The notes: generated by a model not told the origin, from the sequence alone. A stretch of 64,000 nucleotides of DNA from Rhizodiscina lignyota (GCA_010015805.1 ML978142.1:124001-188000); one strand, 5' to 3'; numbered from the stretch's first letter, positions 24,864 through 38,767 are shown. Translations and numbers: made by a program.

Positions 24864-25188
24864 TTTGACGTCCTGCAAGTCGATGTTTGAAATTATTTCA
24901 CGTGGATCCTGAGGGCGAGTATCAAGACGCTAGGAAACTTTTGATCTTTAAAGAAAGAGCAACGAAAACGTTCCACATACCAACCTCTACATTACCAAGT
25001 GAAGCTCTTTGGCGTTCCCTCACGGGCGGGATTCCGACAATTCCGCACCAGGAAGCTGTTCGAGCTCCCTCCACCCGACTGCAGGAACGGGACCTTATGA
25101 TGTCGTTGCTGATGTGGAGAAGGGGAGAGAAGGCCGAATTCCGCTTTGCTGGGGACCGGCGGATGGTCAAACCCTAACCCTAAACGAG

Positions 25189-25203
25189 GCGGATATCTCA
25201 GGA
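25189..25203 (+). promoter_or_regulatory. GCGGATATCTCAGGA site in the fahA/hmgX divergent promoter
   Basis: Exact 15-bp reverse-complement match to the hppD promoter site at 23093-23107. Confidence 0.6.
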
Positions 25204-25326
25204 TCGCTCGAAAGCGCGTGCAACCGAATTCTTGCATCTGATGACACCAAGTCGACTCCGACCTTTAAAAACAATAGCAGTCAGCCATGGCTTTGGTAAA
25301 CGTCGTCTTTCTTTCACCCTGCCACG

Positions 25327-26019
25327 ATGCATCCGGATTCATCCCTATCCGGCAACGACGCACACGTCTTAAACGCTCTGTTCGACCCTGAATCGTCACT
25401 TTCATCTGGACCATCCATCGACGCTTCCCAGAACTCTCTGCCTCACGTTGATGAATCCGAACTATCTATACTTCAGACAACTGAAGCGCGGATAGTGAAT
25501 TCCCTGACGCCATCAAACTCGAGCCGAACGAATGTAGCGGCGGCAATCGAACAGCTAGGCAAGCTCATTGACGAGCATCCGCAATACGCACCGGCATATA
25601 TCAATCGAGCTCAAGCGAACCGCCTTCAGCTTGGTGATGGGGTATACACTGCCAAAATCTCTCCAGCCGTCGCATCGATTCTGGCCGATCTGTCCACTGC
25701 CATTAGCTTGATTACACCATCCTCTCCTGCCGAATCTGTGTCCCAACTACAAGCGAAGCTCCTTGCCTCTGCCCATACGCACCGCGCTTATATTCTCTAC
25801 AAGATATCAAAGTCTGGAGATCTCTCGAGTCTCCCAGAACCTATGCAGCATGGAGGTGCGGGGGCAGTGGAGGAGATGGCAAGCCGAGACTTCTTCTTGG
25901 GCGGACGATACGGGAATACGGTTGCTCAGCAGATGTCTGTTCGGACGAATCCTTATGCCAAAATGTGTGGGGCCATTGTGAAGGAAGCATTAAGGAAAGA
26001 GATGGATTCAACGGCGTGA
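25327..26019 (+). CDS. hmgX: HmgX-like TPR protein (accessory factor of tyrosine catabolism)
   Basis: VLNALFDPES, PAYINRAQA and ASRDFFLGGRYGN...RTNPYAKMCGAIVKEAL motifs; located inside the tyrosine cluster. Confidence 0.82.
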   Translation: MHPDSSLSGNDAHVLNALFDPESSLSSGPSIDASQNSLPHVDESELSILQTTEARIVNSLTPSNSSRTNVAAAIEQLGKLIDEHPQYAPAYINRAQANRLQLGDGVYTAKISPAVASILADLSTAISLITPSSPAESVSQLQAKLLASAHTHRAYILYKISKSGDLSSLPEPMQHGGAGAVEEMASRDFFLGGRYGNTVAQQMSVRTNPYAKMCGAIVKEALRKEMDSTA

Positions 26020-26325
26020 CCATCCTGAAGCGAAGATGCGCAATCTTCGAGAACTTCTTGCATGGCATATCGGTCGGTAACCTGTAGGATACCATTAAAG
26101 CAGCCTCCAGGCTGGCAGAATAACTGACTGCTGGGCAAGTTGTGAACCGAAAGGCAAGCAGCTCTCGCACCTCGGGTCAAACGAGACTGTTTTTGAAAGC
26201 TTGGCTCTCCGTTTTGGGGGGTGCTTCGCGATATAACACCATTGGCAGAATTATACGTTCTATTGCTAATAAACGCTGTGCATTCCAGCAGTTCGGTGTC
26301 TTGAAGGGTGCGGCCAACGTTCCTG

Positions 26326-27417
26326 TCACCCAAGAGCTGGCTTTCTGCCAACACATTGGCACCACAAATTTTCCATGAACTCTCCGTTCCTCATTTCCTG
26401 CATCGCTCTTTCATACATCTGTCGGAGCTCTTCGACCCTTTCATCAGTCGTGTTCCCTGAGTGCCGTGCCTTGCGCTCGAGGTTACTCCTCAACTCTATC
26501 ATTGACATGCCTGAGAGACATTGCTGGCTAGCGAAGGCACTTAAATCATCTCCCCACCAGCGTTTATCGTCCGCGACCACTTGCAACCCGCAGGCCTCCA
26601 GGTACTTTGGCAATTTCTCGGGCCAGGCTGCGTTCTCTGAATCCGGATCGAGCCCAATGTATGAGAATGTGGCTTTACTCAGTGCGTTCTGCCCCTTGGG
26701 CGGCTCACCGCCGCCGAGGCGCTGGCGATGCCCAAGAACTGTACATTCTGACTAAACATCTAAGAGTCAGCTATACTACTTGGCTTTCCTTTGGAACGGA
26801 TCATGCGTACGAATTGGAGGTACCCTCCAGGCTCTGCCGTGTACTCTGTCAGCATGGGAACATTTGCCCTTCTTAGATATGCGTTTACTTAAGAGCTTGG
26901 AAACATTTTGAATGACCTCGAAAGGATCATTGTTTCTTATTGTAGTTGTCGTGTGCCGAATATGCACAATGTCATATCGGCCTAGCAGTTCCGGCTCGGG
27001 GGTTTCGTAGTAGTTATAATGCCGGAAGGATATGTTCTTTGGCAAGCTTGCTTTCGTCGGCGCTTGCGACAGATCAATATCAAGTCCGTCTACGATGGTT
27101 CCTTTCGGCAGAGACTTGAATACGTCGAGTGCCCAGATGCTGGGAACGCATTAGCAAGTCTTCGCAACGGTAGAACGTATTGCAGCATACCCCGATCCTG
27201 TACCAACGTCAGCTACTTTAAGATCCGATCTGTCGATTGGAATTGATGGATCTAAAAGACGGTCGTCGAATCTCTGCTTCCACAGGAGGTGGAATAAGTT
27301 AAGTCTCTCATCATCAGATGGCTCTGTATATATTTTGGATATTAAGTAATGAAATGAGACCTACCTTGCCGAAGCTAGTAAATCATTCCCTAGGTAATAC
27401 TCAGGCGCCGAAGACAT
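26326..27417 (-). CDS. Class I SAM-dependent methyltransferase (LaeA/UMTA-like), 5 exons
   Basis: Spliced model MSSAPEYYLGNDLLASAR|LNLFHLLWK...VADVGTGSG|IWALD...GLDID...YDIVHIR...LL|KPGGYLQF|SEC...CVGRKPALG*. The frame is open; the first acceptor appears to be an uncommon GAG. Confidence 0.8.
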
Positions 27418-27963
27418 CTTGAGGGGATCGTCGCTTGCTCAGGCAAGATATTGTAGCAGAGGCGCACAGCGCAGTATAAATCTGCCATGACCTTCCCATT
27501 TCTCAAATAAATCACACCTCACCAGAGCATATTGTCATGAATGGTATACGGTCCAAGATGGATACCAGCTTACCATTCTCTATTTAAGAGCGGGTATCAC
27601 GGTATTCCACGGTCTTGAGAGGAGCGATTTCAATTCTCTCCCGCACACCTCAGATGACTGGATTGCAGTTCCACTATTTATCTGACAGCATCACTGGTCC
27701 CTTTCTGGCAATCATGTATCGAACGTCATCTAGCCCCAATAAAGCTACAATGTTGCCGAAGAGGAAATTTCCCTATTCTTTATATCTTAACCGATTCAGA
27801 AGTGGGCGCAAACTTCAGCACCCTTCGACATGCAGCACACAACTTTCGGCACTCTCTTTGATAATCGCGAATAGCACACTCGAAATTCAGGTTCTAAATG
27901 ACACTCGGTGATATAGGTATTCTGGGGTAGCGAAGAGGGTCAAAGTACGTCATGCCGAGAGTA

Positions 27964-27977
27964 TCCCGAGCTATCCG
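27964..27977 (-). promoter_or_regulatory. CGGATAGCTCGGGA site upstream of hmgR (candidate autoregulatory site)
   Basis: TCCCGAGCTATCCG on the + strand fits the consensus derived from the hppD and fahA/hmgX sites. Confidence 0.5.
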
Positions 27978-28106
27978 AGGGCGACCTCAAGCCATCTCTC
28001 CATCAATGGCCAACGTCTGTTATCCGCAACCATAATGAAGGATATAACCGGATTTTCGCCGCATTTCCTTGCATATCGTCCACCGACGATATGACAATCC
28101 GGAAAC

Positions 28107-30567
28107 ATGAATGACTTGCCGATGAGCGGCAGCTCCACCCCTTCCCGTACTCCAGTCCCGACGTCCGGCTCCTCCGGCGTCCGAAAACCTCGTTCAGTGC
28201 AACGGGACTTCCAAAGGGCTTACAAGGCATGTCTCTCGTGCCGTAAGAGAAAATCACGATGTGAGATCAGCGCTGAGGACTATGCTGCCGGCAAACCATG
28301 CGCCAGATGCCGACGCGAACTCAAGACGTGCGTTTTCACTGAGGAGCGACCTGCCTCGAAGCAGGACAAAGCATCGCGACCACGTGAGCCTCATGGAGCA
28401 CACACACCTGCACCAGTATCCGCTCAGGGGAGCAGTCTTGGCCCCACTGAAGAGGAGGATGCTATGCTGAAGCAAGCTGCATCCGATCGGGAGCTACCAG
28501 AGCCATCGTCAATGTTGGCTGACTCTGTTGTACGGACAGTAGTATCAAGTGGCAACGATGCTCTCAATCTTCTATTCCAAGCCGCAAGTCAACGTCAAAA
28601 TGGCACATCAGATGCGCACCTATTCCCGTCGCACAATGGGGGAATGGACGCAAATGGCACGCCGGCAGCCCGCATGCCGTCTTCTTCAGCGTATCTTGCC
28701 CGCCCTCCCGCCACATCCACTGACGTAATCAATGTCTGGAAGTCGTGCAGATTCGTGAAAATGGGTTGGTTCTCTGCAGAGGAGGCGCTATGGTTTATGG
28801 AAATGTAAGAATGAAGTGGATTATGCGTTTGTCCAGCTTGCAGCTCACGGTACGGTCAGGTTTTACGTTAACCTCTCGCCGTTGTCGCCGGTAGTAACAG
28901 ATTTCTATCGCCAGCCAGCGAATCATCCTCAACTCCTGATCCAGGAGCCAATGCTCTGCTGCACCATCCTCTGTCTATCGTCCCGATACAACGTTTTACC
29001 TGAGCCTGGCGGTTTATCTCGGTATGTGAATCCGTTGACGAATAAGAGTGGATCACTCACGTCTATTTCCAGAAGCTATCTTATTCACGAAAGACTCTGG
29101 GATTATTGTCAGCATATTATTTTGCGAGTCGTGCTTGGCCAAGAGAGGGGACTGAGAGCGAAAACTCGTACATTGGGGACCGTAGAGGCACTATTGCTTC
29201 TAACCGAGTGGCACCCTCGGGCGTTGCATTTCCCACCGCCCAACGACGGATGGGACTCGGACCTTCTGCTGACCACTGTTGACGACGATAATCAAGACCT
29301 CCAGGGGCAAGATGCAGACGGCCGTGGTAGGTGGCTCGAAGATGTCATCAATCCCGCCAAACGATCGGACCGCATGGCTTGGATGTTGCTGGGCTGTGCG
29401 CTTTCCCTTGGACATGAACTTCAAGTCTTCGGTGAAGGCGACGCCGAGACACGGCAAACAATGCTGGAACAATACGAAGAGCAAGCAAGTGAACAACGCT
29501 ATCGGCTCCGAAAGCTGCTGTACGTCTATACAGAGCAACTCGCTGCCAGATTAGGTTGCAAGTCAATCGCGTCTCACACTCTGGGCCATAACGTCGGCCC
29601 CACTTCAAGCCCGACGAATGGCATGTACCGAAGCTCCACCGCCTGGCAATACTTCATGTCGGCTTGGATTGAGCTCACGAGGTTGGTCAAATCTGTGTCT
29701 GAAATGCTCTTCCCTTCAGGGTCCACCAAGCATCTATTACAAAATAATCGGTACATTAGCCTGATTGAGCATTTTCAACCGCTGCTGTCGGCATTCAAAG
29801 ACCGGAATCTCGATTGTTCGCAGCTTGGAGACGATTTCTACGACATTCTCCGGATCGAATATCAAGCGGCGAGATTGTATACCTTCTCTCTAGGCCTACA
29901 GGTTGCCGTCGAGAGGATGCTGTCAGAGTCGGAAATGAATACGCGTGGCGAGGGGCGATCAGCAGCTCACATTGATCCGACGGACTACAGTTTCGTCCAG
30001 GAAGTTATCGATGCGAGTCTCGAAATTCTGCAAATTACAATCAAGCTTGGAGAAGCTGGTAGAATCCTCTACTCCCCTGTCAGAATATTTTATCGTATCA
30101 TCACCGCATCTATCTTCCTCCTAAAAGGGATGAGCTTGGGCGTCGGTTCTGCAAAACTGCGAACAGCGCTCCACATGATGACGCGTGTCATCGAAGTTCT
30201 GCGGTCTGGTGCATTAGATGACATGCATTTGGGCTCGCGATATGCAACTCTGCTCGAAATGCATCTTACTCGGCTGCAGAAGAGTTTTACAGCCTCGACG
30301 AGGCCGCCACATGTCGAGGTAAACCAACCACAAATGATGCCGCAGTATCACGACACTCGCGGCAACGCCTCGAGCAATTCACGTATTCCTCTTCCGGATA
30401 TTAATGGGTCACTAGATACGGAGGATCTGAATCCGGCAGCCGTCATTGAGGACTGGTGGACCTTGCCGCTTGACTCATCCCTTGTGCCGTTTGCGGCAGA
30501 CGATTCGAACGGATTATCGTGGCTCGGAGACGGCTCTTTGGACTTCATCTGGAACTTGGAAACTTGA
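28107..30567 (+). CDS. hmgR: Zn(II)2Cys6 regulator of tyrosine catabolism (HmgR/Aro80-like), 3 exons
   Basis: FQRAYKACLSCRKRKSRC...PCARCRRELKTC, CRFVKMGWF, EALLLLTEWHPRALHFPP, PAKRSDRMAWMLLG and LDDMHLGSRYA; cluster context. Confidence 0.88.
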
Positions 30568-30987
30568 AAATGCTGATCGATTCAAAGCATTGGTGAGATT
30601 CCCCTTGAAGCGTGCGTTAGCATGTCCGCGGGAAACCATCGGCACCATTGCGGCAAAGATGCCGCAACGACAGTCCACTTACCATGAAGATGGTCGGTAG
30701 AATCAACGGCAGAGCAAATGAGCGCAGTAGGGCATCTGAGTATATTAAACCCTTCACAGGACCTCTTCCGATGTTGTTGCAGTGATGCAATACCTGGATA
30801 TATCTCGGACCCGCGCTGACGGAACGCCGTGCCACCACCAATTCCGCCGACGGAACTCGCCCCGAACTTTTTACCGAACTTGGCAACTCGCACGTGATAT
30901 AGTACAAAAACAATACGGAGTATATCATATCTAGACATATCCAGGAGTCAGGGACTAAGCAAGAATAATCAACGGACATTCCGAACA

Positions 30988-31689
30988 ATGGCAGAAGCAA
31001 GCGAAGATCTCGTCCTCTACACCTACTTTCGGTCCTCCTGCTCGGCGCGGCTTCGCATCGCTCTCAACCTCAAAAACATACCGTACACTTCAAAGTACGT
31101 CAATATCCTGAAGAATGAACAATCATCTCCCGAATACGATGCCGTGAACCCATCACACCTGGTGCCGAGCCTGCGACACGTCTCAGCCGACATCACAATC
31201 ACGCAGTCCGTCGCAGCATTGGAATATCTCGAAGAGAGATTCCCAGACCACACTCCTCTCCTTCCACCGGCATCGGACACTACTACCCGGGCACATGTGA
31301 GAACCCTGGTTGATGTCATTGCTTGCGATACGCAACCGGTCACGAATATGCGAATCCTCACCCGCATCGCGGCACTTGGCGGGACAAGGGAGCAGTGGGC
31401 GAGAGAGTTGACTACAGAGGAGCTCATTGCCTACGAAAGACTAGCCAAAAGGACAGCGGGAAAGTTCTCAGTCGGTGATGAGATCACACTGGCCGATATA
31501 TGTCTTGTACCAGCAGTGTGGGGCGCTCAGAGGTGGGGAGTGGACCTGCAACGACTCGGATTGGAAACGGTATCGAGAGTGTTTGAGAACATGGAAGAGG
31601 TGAAAGCCGTCAATAAAGCCAAATGGGATTGTCAGGAAGATACCCCGGAGGAGCTGCGACGTGCAGGAGAGCCGAGCGGAACAACATAG
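30988..31689 (+). CDS. maiA: Maleylacetoacetate isomerase (GST zeta class)
   Basis: LYTYFRSSCSARLRIALNLK, TQSVAALEYLEE, ACDTQPVTN and ITLADICLVPAVW. Confidence 0.93.
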   Translation: MAEASEDLVLYTYFRSSCSARLRIALNLKNIPYTSKYVNILKNEQSSPEYDAVNPSHLVPSLRHVSADITITQSVAALEYLEERFPDHTPLLPPASDTTTRAHVRTLVDVIACDTQPVTNMRILTRIAALGGTREQWARELTTEELIAYERLAKRTAGKFSVGDEITLADICLVPAVWGAQRWGVDLQRLGLETVSRVFENMEEVKAVNKAKWDCQEDTPEELRRAGEPSGTT

Positions 31690-32726
31690 TATGTAAACGA
31701 TCGTTTTTGTACCAATTCCACTCCGTCTGACAGCATGCAAAAATGGGAAATCATGTTTTTTATTTATTTAAAGTTTGTGGATTGATTCCTCGGTGTCCCT
31801 CGGTCTTCAAGGTCGACGTTCGTCCTCGCATTGTATTACAGATCATGAATTTGCTATTGAAAACGTTGACTGAGGAGGGAAACATTTGTTCGGAGTGGTG
31901 TCTTATCTTCCAACACGAAAAGAGCACTAGCTAACTTCCTGTGACGTTCTCCATGGCCGATCTCCATCCCCAGTTCCTTCCAACCGGAGTCTTCGAATGC
32001 CAACACCACGAGCGAGTCACCAGAGAATCGAACGCAGTGAGCTACTATTCGGCAAGTCTATCAGGGATCAGTAGGTGCACAAGGTCAATAACTCTGTCAC
32101 CACGACATATCAAGAGCCTGCCATTCTTGTATTGCTACAGGAAATGGTACGCTTTGGCGCTCGGGTGAAGATCCGCGCGAGATGACCGCGCTGACTTGGT
32201 GAATTTCATGTAAGCTCGTACACGTCTCGCTCGGAGACCGGTCGTGGAGTATATTTCTCAGCTTTGCGGTATAATCACTACTTCCTTCCCCATTAGTCGA
32301 GTTTTAAATAATTATTTGCGGGATCTGTTCAAGATGGTTGCACTGGCCTGGTAGATTTCCTGTATTTTTATCCAGCTTCATATACCCCTTACTCGTACGC
32401 TCCTCGTCGAAGTGTACATCTCTGAGTTTTGCGTTGTGACCGCTGCATTTTCTCTAGCCAGCCGAGCTTTCATTCGATTATTACTAGATTCCATTCAATA
32501 TATTTGTTTTAACTTAGTAGACCTCACAGATAATCCACAGATTTGTATATGAGCCCTCGAAGACCGCTTGCGGAGATGTGCACTCGCAAAGCTTGCCCTA
32601 CACGGCGTAAGCTGCGCTATTATTTTAAGTTCTCATTCAATTATTCACGAAGTCCACTTGACACACTTGTACCGGCCTAGTTATTTCATACATTTGCTCA
32701 TCCAAACCCCTATCTCATCTGTAGAG

Positions 32727-33194
32727 TTACCCGCCTTGCCTGCCTCTGTCTGTCCTCGCCAGTCTCCTGCGGCTTGCCCTCCCGCCATCCAACATGCGAT
32801 CCTGTTTCCGGCCCCCGAATACCTCCCTGTAATACATCTGCTGCTTGAAAGTGCCACCAAGGCCGCAGACCGCCCGGGTTCGCTCTAACATCTTGTCTTT
32901 CATCCAGTACCCGACGCGACAGTCTAGAACCTGGATGAAGGTCTTCTCTGCTTCGGCCCGGACCGGGGCGAGAAGAGTGTGGGTCTTGACGAAGACTGGC
33001 TTTGCCTCTGCCCAAAGACCCGTCGGTTGCAGCGCCTCGGGAAGTTGTTGGTAGGTTGCAGCATATTCGAATAGACCGACTCCCGTGGGACCGAAGGACA
33101 GGAGGAGGATGGCGATGGCGGTTACGAGGGCACATGTGGAGCCCGCATTGGAGTGAGCTGATGAAGTTGATGGAAGTGATGGGATTGATGCCAT
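32727..33194 (-). CDS. Hypothetical small protein with one hydrophobic segment
   Basis: ORF MASIPSLPS...ALVTAIAILLLSFG...; a TATA-like element lies upstream (~33320). No family recognised. Confidence 0.3.
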   Translation of the reverse strand: MASIPSLPSTSSAHSNAGSTCALVTAIAILLLSFGPTGVGLFEYAATYQQLPEALQPTGLWAEAKPVFVKTHTLLAPVRAEAEKTFIQVLDCRVGYWMKDKMLERTRAVCGLGGTFKQQMYYREVFGGRKQDRMLDGGRASRRRLARTDRGRQGG

Positions 33195-33812
33195 ATTGAG
33201 TAGTGTTGATGAAGCTGTGGAAGTTTGATACATTTGTTGGAGTCTGATTCTTTTGATAGTGCAAACGGAAGTTTAATGCTTGGTGAAGAGATGGAGATGA
33301 AGAGAGGGAAGAGAAACCTTTATACTTGTGGGGTGCTCGAAACAACGGCGTTGATGGAGTGGCGGCGGACTGATGTGGATGCTGCCGACTAATTCGAGAG
33401 CGAATCATTGCCTTTGATGATGGAACTCACTATAACAGCCATTAACAACGAGAAACGGTGGCTGTGGCCCAATTAACGGCTCAACATTTCTGAACTAACT
33501 TCCGTGAGTGGCATAGTTATGCATCGGTCGCAGGAGGGAGGCCAGATAGATGGAAACCGTTGAAACCGTCGCCAGGTCGCTTCTATTCATATGCAATTCC
33601 AGTTTCTTGCGCGATACTAACGCAATCAGGCACCCATGGAGCCAAACCAATGATGCATGAATGGATTGAGCTGCTTGAGATGATAATCCATGCTAGCCCT
33701 TCATCCGTTGAAACCTTTGGCTTCGCCGCACGCCTCAACTCTACCTCTCGTCTCGAGAGCATCAGTGTGGCTCTGTAGCATTTCCTGCAGCTCGGGCACG
33801 AGACTCAACCCA

Positions 33813-34668
33813 TCAATCAAAATCCCACTCCCCGTTACCCAGCCATCGCACCAACTTTCCGATCGGGAAATCGGCCATTGTCTGCTCGCAAGCCGGGCTC
33901 TCGATATGCTGGAAAAGCGACGACAATTTAGGAAAGTCTGTGTGGTATTTGGAGCAGTAGAAAGGTAGCGCGTCGTCTCCGAAGAACTCTTTGATATCCT
34001 CCCGATTGAGCATAGTTTCTCTGTAATCGTCATCATTGCCATCGCCATCGTCGGCGCGAACGTTAATGTACCACCTCCACTTGTACGATCTGGCGGTCTT
34101 CTCGTTCAAATCGTAAATATTGTACCCCCCTGCGCAGGCGCCCGACTCGAAGTGAATAGCCATACCACCCCAGGTTGAGAAAGCGCGGTCACAACCCCAG
34201 CACTCGATGGCCGCAGGCAGGTGAACCTGTCGATGCTATTAAGGATGCTGTCAGTTTCCATTACATGCCATTACAAGTGGACGGAATAGGTCTACCATGA
34301 TCAGGTTGTTCTCATTCAGATGGTGCTGGTGGCAAGTCGAACACACGTGGGCATCTCGCAGATGATTCTGGAAATCCATGGCAGTGTCCCAGCCGCCTCC
34401 TCTTCCACCGTTGCAGCCGCCGCATACGAAGTAGCACCCGGAGCAGCGATAATGCTGTATGAGGGTTTCGAATGAAGTTGCATCGTGGGCGCAGTTCGGG
34501 CAGATATGGTGGTGTGGAGAGTCGCGCTTGTGCTGTGTGAGGTTTCGGACAGTGCGTTGACACCGACTGCAGGTCTGCTCTCTTCTGCGGTTCGAAATTT
34601 GCGCGTCAGTCAAACGAACACAATTGGGTCTTCGTGTAAGCCAGTACTTACGTACGCCGCCCTGCCAT
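33813..34668 (-). CDS. Cys/His-rich multi-zinc-finger (C2H2-like) protein, paralogue 1, 3 exons
   Basis: MAGRRT|REQTCSRC...HK..HHICPNC...HY..VCGGC...HL..HVCSTC...|HRQVHLP..ECWGCDRAFSTWGGMAIHFESGAC...FPKLSSLFQHIESPAC. Confidence 0.75.
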
Positions 34669-35212
34669 GGTCGCTCTGATGTGCTACAGATAGTGGAGGT
34701 TGACGGTGTTCAAGGCGCTCAAGAATAACTGTTGCGTTTGGTGTTTGAATGGTGGCAGAAACTCTGTGACGAGAGTGCTCTTGAAAGTATCTGCTGTTTG
34801 CAACAGCTGCGCGATTTCCGGACTCCTAAGCAAGTGTCAACACGGCGCTTAGCCGAGCAAACAGAGCATTCTCGTTCCAGTTTAACACGCTTCTGAATTA
34901 TTAGAATCGCCAGGCAAGCTGTAACACGTAAAGCCTAGCAGCTATTGCACTTCAAAGGAAGCAAGACTATCTTTGAAAGCTCAGCTCTACGTTCTCCGGA
35001 GTGTATGTAATGGCAACGCACCTTTGAAACCTTGCACAGTTCACTGGTTATAGAACAAATTGACACTCCAGGCGGCGTGTGCGCAGAGATTACGTTCGAT
35101 TATACGCGAAGGCTACACGTCATAGTTGTGCAATCTCTTGAAAACTGTGCTAAACTTTGTTGCCTGGCTGGTCACCCTCGGGCCTCATCCAATACGTGGC
35201 TGCTCTATAGTG

Positions 35213-36416
35213 TTACGGTAGAGAAATGTCGAGCCAATGGGTGAGCTTGAGGATCTTTGGGTCGACCAAGCTTATGTTGCATGCTGGACTAGCAATGTGT
35301 TGATAGAGTCCAGAAAGGAGAGAGAAATCCGCCTTGCAGGCATGGCAGTAGTATGGCCTTAAACCTTCTCTCTTTGTATGGTGGGCGAGTGCATACTCGC
35401 GAAACACTTCATCATTGATCCACCAGTTCCACTGATAGCATTTGGCAGCTTGCCTGTTGACGCTTGCTATGCTCACGCCAGAGCTACAAGCGCCAGACTC
35501 CAGATGAATCAGCATGCCAGGTATTGTTGAAAATGTCCTAGTACAACAGAAGCACTCATGCTCGAGCGGTAGGTGAACCAGCTTATGCTGCGATGTGTTC
35601 AGCGACAAGCACCCCAAGAAAACCATACCGGAGTCTTAGCGAAATGTCAACGTACTTGATAGAGACTGTTTGCGTTTTGATGATGCTTGTGGCATGTGGG
35701 GCAAACATAATCAAGCTTCCAGTGTCTCTCTCTTTCCTCAGGAGACTCATATCCACCACCGTTTCCGTCTCGACAACCCTCGCAAACGTACTTGCATAGA
35801 GTGTCTCTGTAGTGCTGAACGAGCTCCGGACAAGATTCCGTGTCGAAGCTGCAAGTTGGACAGATGTGATGCCGTGGTGAATCTTCGCGATGCCGCTCCA
35901 AGTTCACCACCATCTCGTCGCATCTTGAGCACCTCTTCTTGACCACGGCCACAAAACCTATGAATCTAGTAGGCAGTTCGTGGCGCTGTGACCGGGGATA
36001 ATGCATGTCCTGTAACGGATGTCAACCATGCAGATTCGTTACGCCTCGAACAATATGCTGAACGGCATACCTTAGCAGGATCCGCTTGATGGTATTGGTG
36101 CCGAAAACATGCAGCGCAATCGCTTTCGTACTTCAAGTGCATCATGAGGTAATCATGAGAACCGAATACATCTTCGCAACCGTCGCAAACGAATAGACAA
36201 CCCGATGTTCTGTAGTGCCTAATAAGATTTGCGTAGGTACACGTCCTGAAGTTGCACTTGTCGCAGTGGTAGGTGCCATATTTGCGATGCCGCCTCCATC
36301 AGGTCTGTGTCTATTTCCACAAGACAGATGGGACACACTTTGTATTCATCGTCGGAGGACGAGGCATCACTCCAGACTACGGGACGAGGATATGAATATA
36401 GGGTAGATTGAGCCAT
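35213..36416 (-). CDS. Cys/His-rich multi-zinc-finger protein, paralogue 2; extra N-terminal finger unit interrupted by a frameshift
   Basis: CSRC...RH..SPRHHICPTC...HY..VCEGC...VCPTC|HKLVHLP..ECFCCTRTFSTIPGMLIHLESGAC...LSGLYQHIASPAC. The upstream exon is joined by a phase-0 intron (~36010-36070). Confidence 0.7.
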
Positions 36417-36966
36417 AGTCGATTGATTCCTATGGAACGAAAGACAGACATCGAACTGATTTATGAGATCTTTCGCTCCGGAGAAGAAGAAGAGCGAAGA
36501 AAGAAGAAAGAAGTAGAAACCGATAACGTTACGGGAGAGTTCAAGGGGTTCGAGCTCAGCGGGAGGACTAGACCAAAGAGGACAAGGATACACTGTGTAG
36601 CGCGACGATGAATCGTCGGACGAAGAGGTGAGATGATCATAGTGGCCATTGTCCTGGATTGAATGTACCGTCTAATTCTCGAATTCCCATAGAATGCTGT
36701 TGATGACAGGCTGTCGGGGGTGGGCATCGCAATGCTGGCAATGATGTGCACGGGCTGCTCCTGCCTGCGAATGGGCTGTTCTTTGGCGCATCGGAGCGCG
36801 CGTCTTCCGTGTGGCGCACCGCCGTTCCTGCATACTCCTCCAAGAAATAAACGGTGACCACTTCGCAACCTTGCAACCTCCACCTCCAGCGCCCATTGAA
36901 GCTTCAAACTCTCCCGCGACCATCACCTAGTCCAGCGACTGCTCCCGATCACGCCGTCGCGCCAAT

Positions 36967-38767
<1,801 letters not shown>

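Noticed and set aside
25170..25184. Telomere-like AACCCTAACCCTAAA in the fahA/hmgX promoter
   Set aside because: Only two units; expected by chance and not a telomeric array.
30851..30888. C(C/G)GAACT direct repeats in the maiA promoter
   Set aside because: They do not match the cluster consensus or N7 spacing; too short to call independently.
31700..32720. Possible hidden gene or ncRNA downstream of maiA
   Set aside because: Only short ORFs without motifs; no convincing tRNA, snoRNA or hairpin seen by eye.
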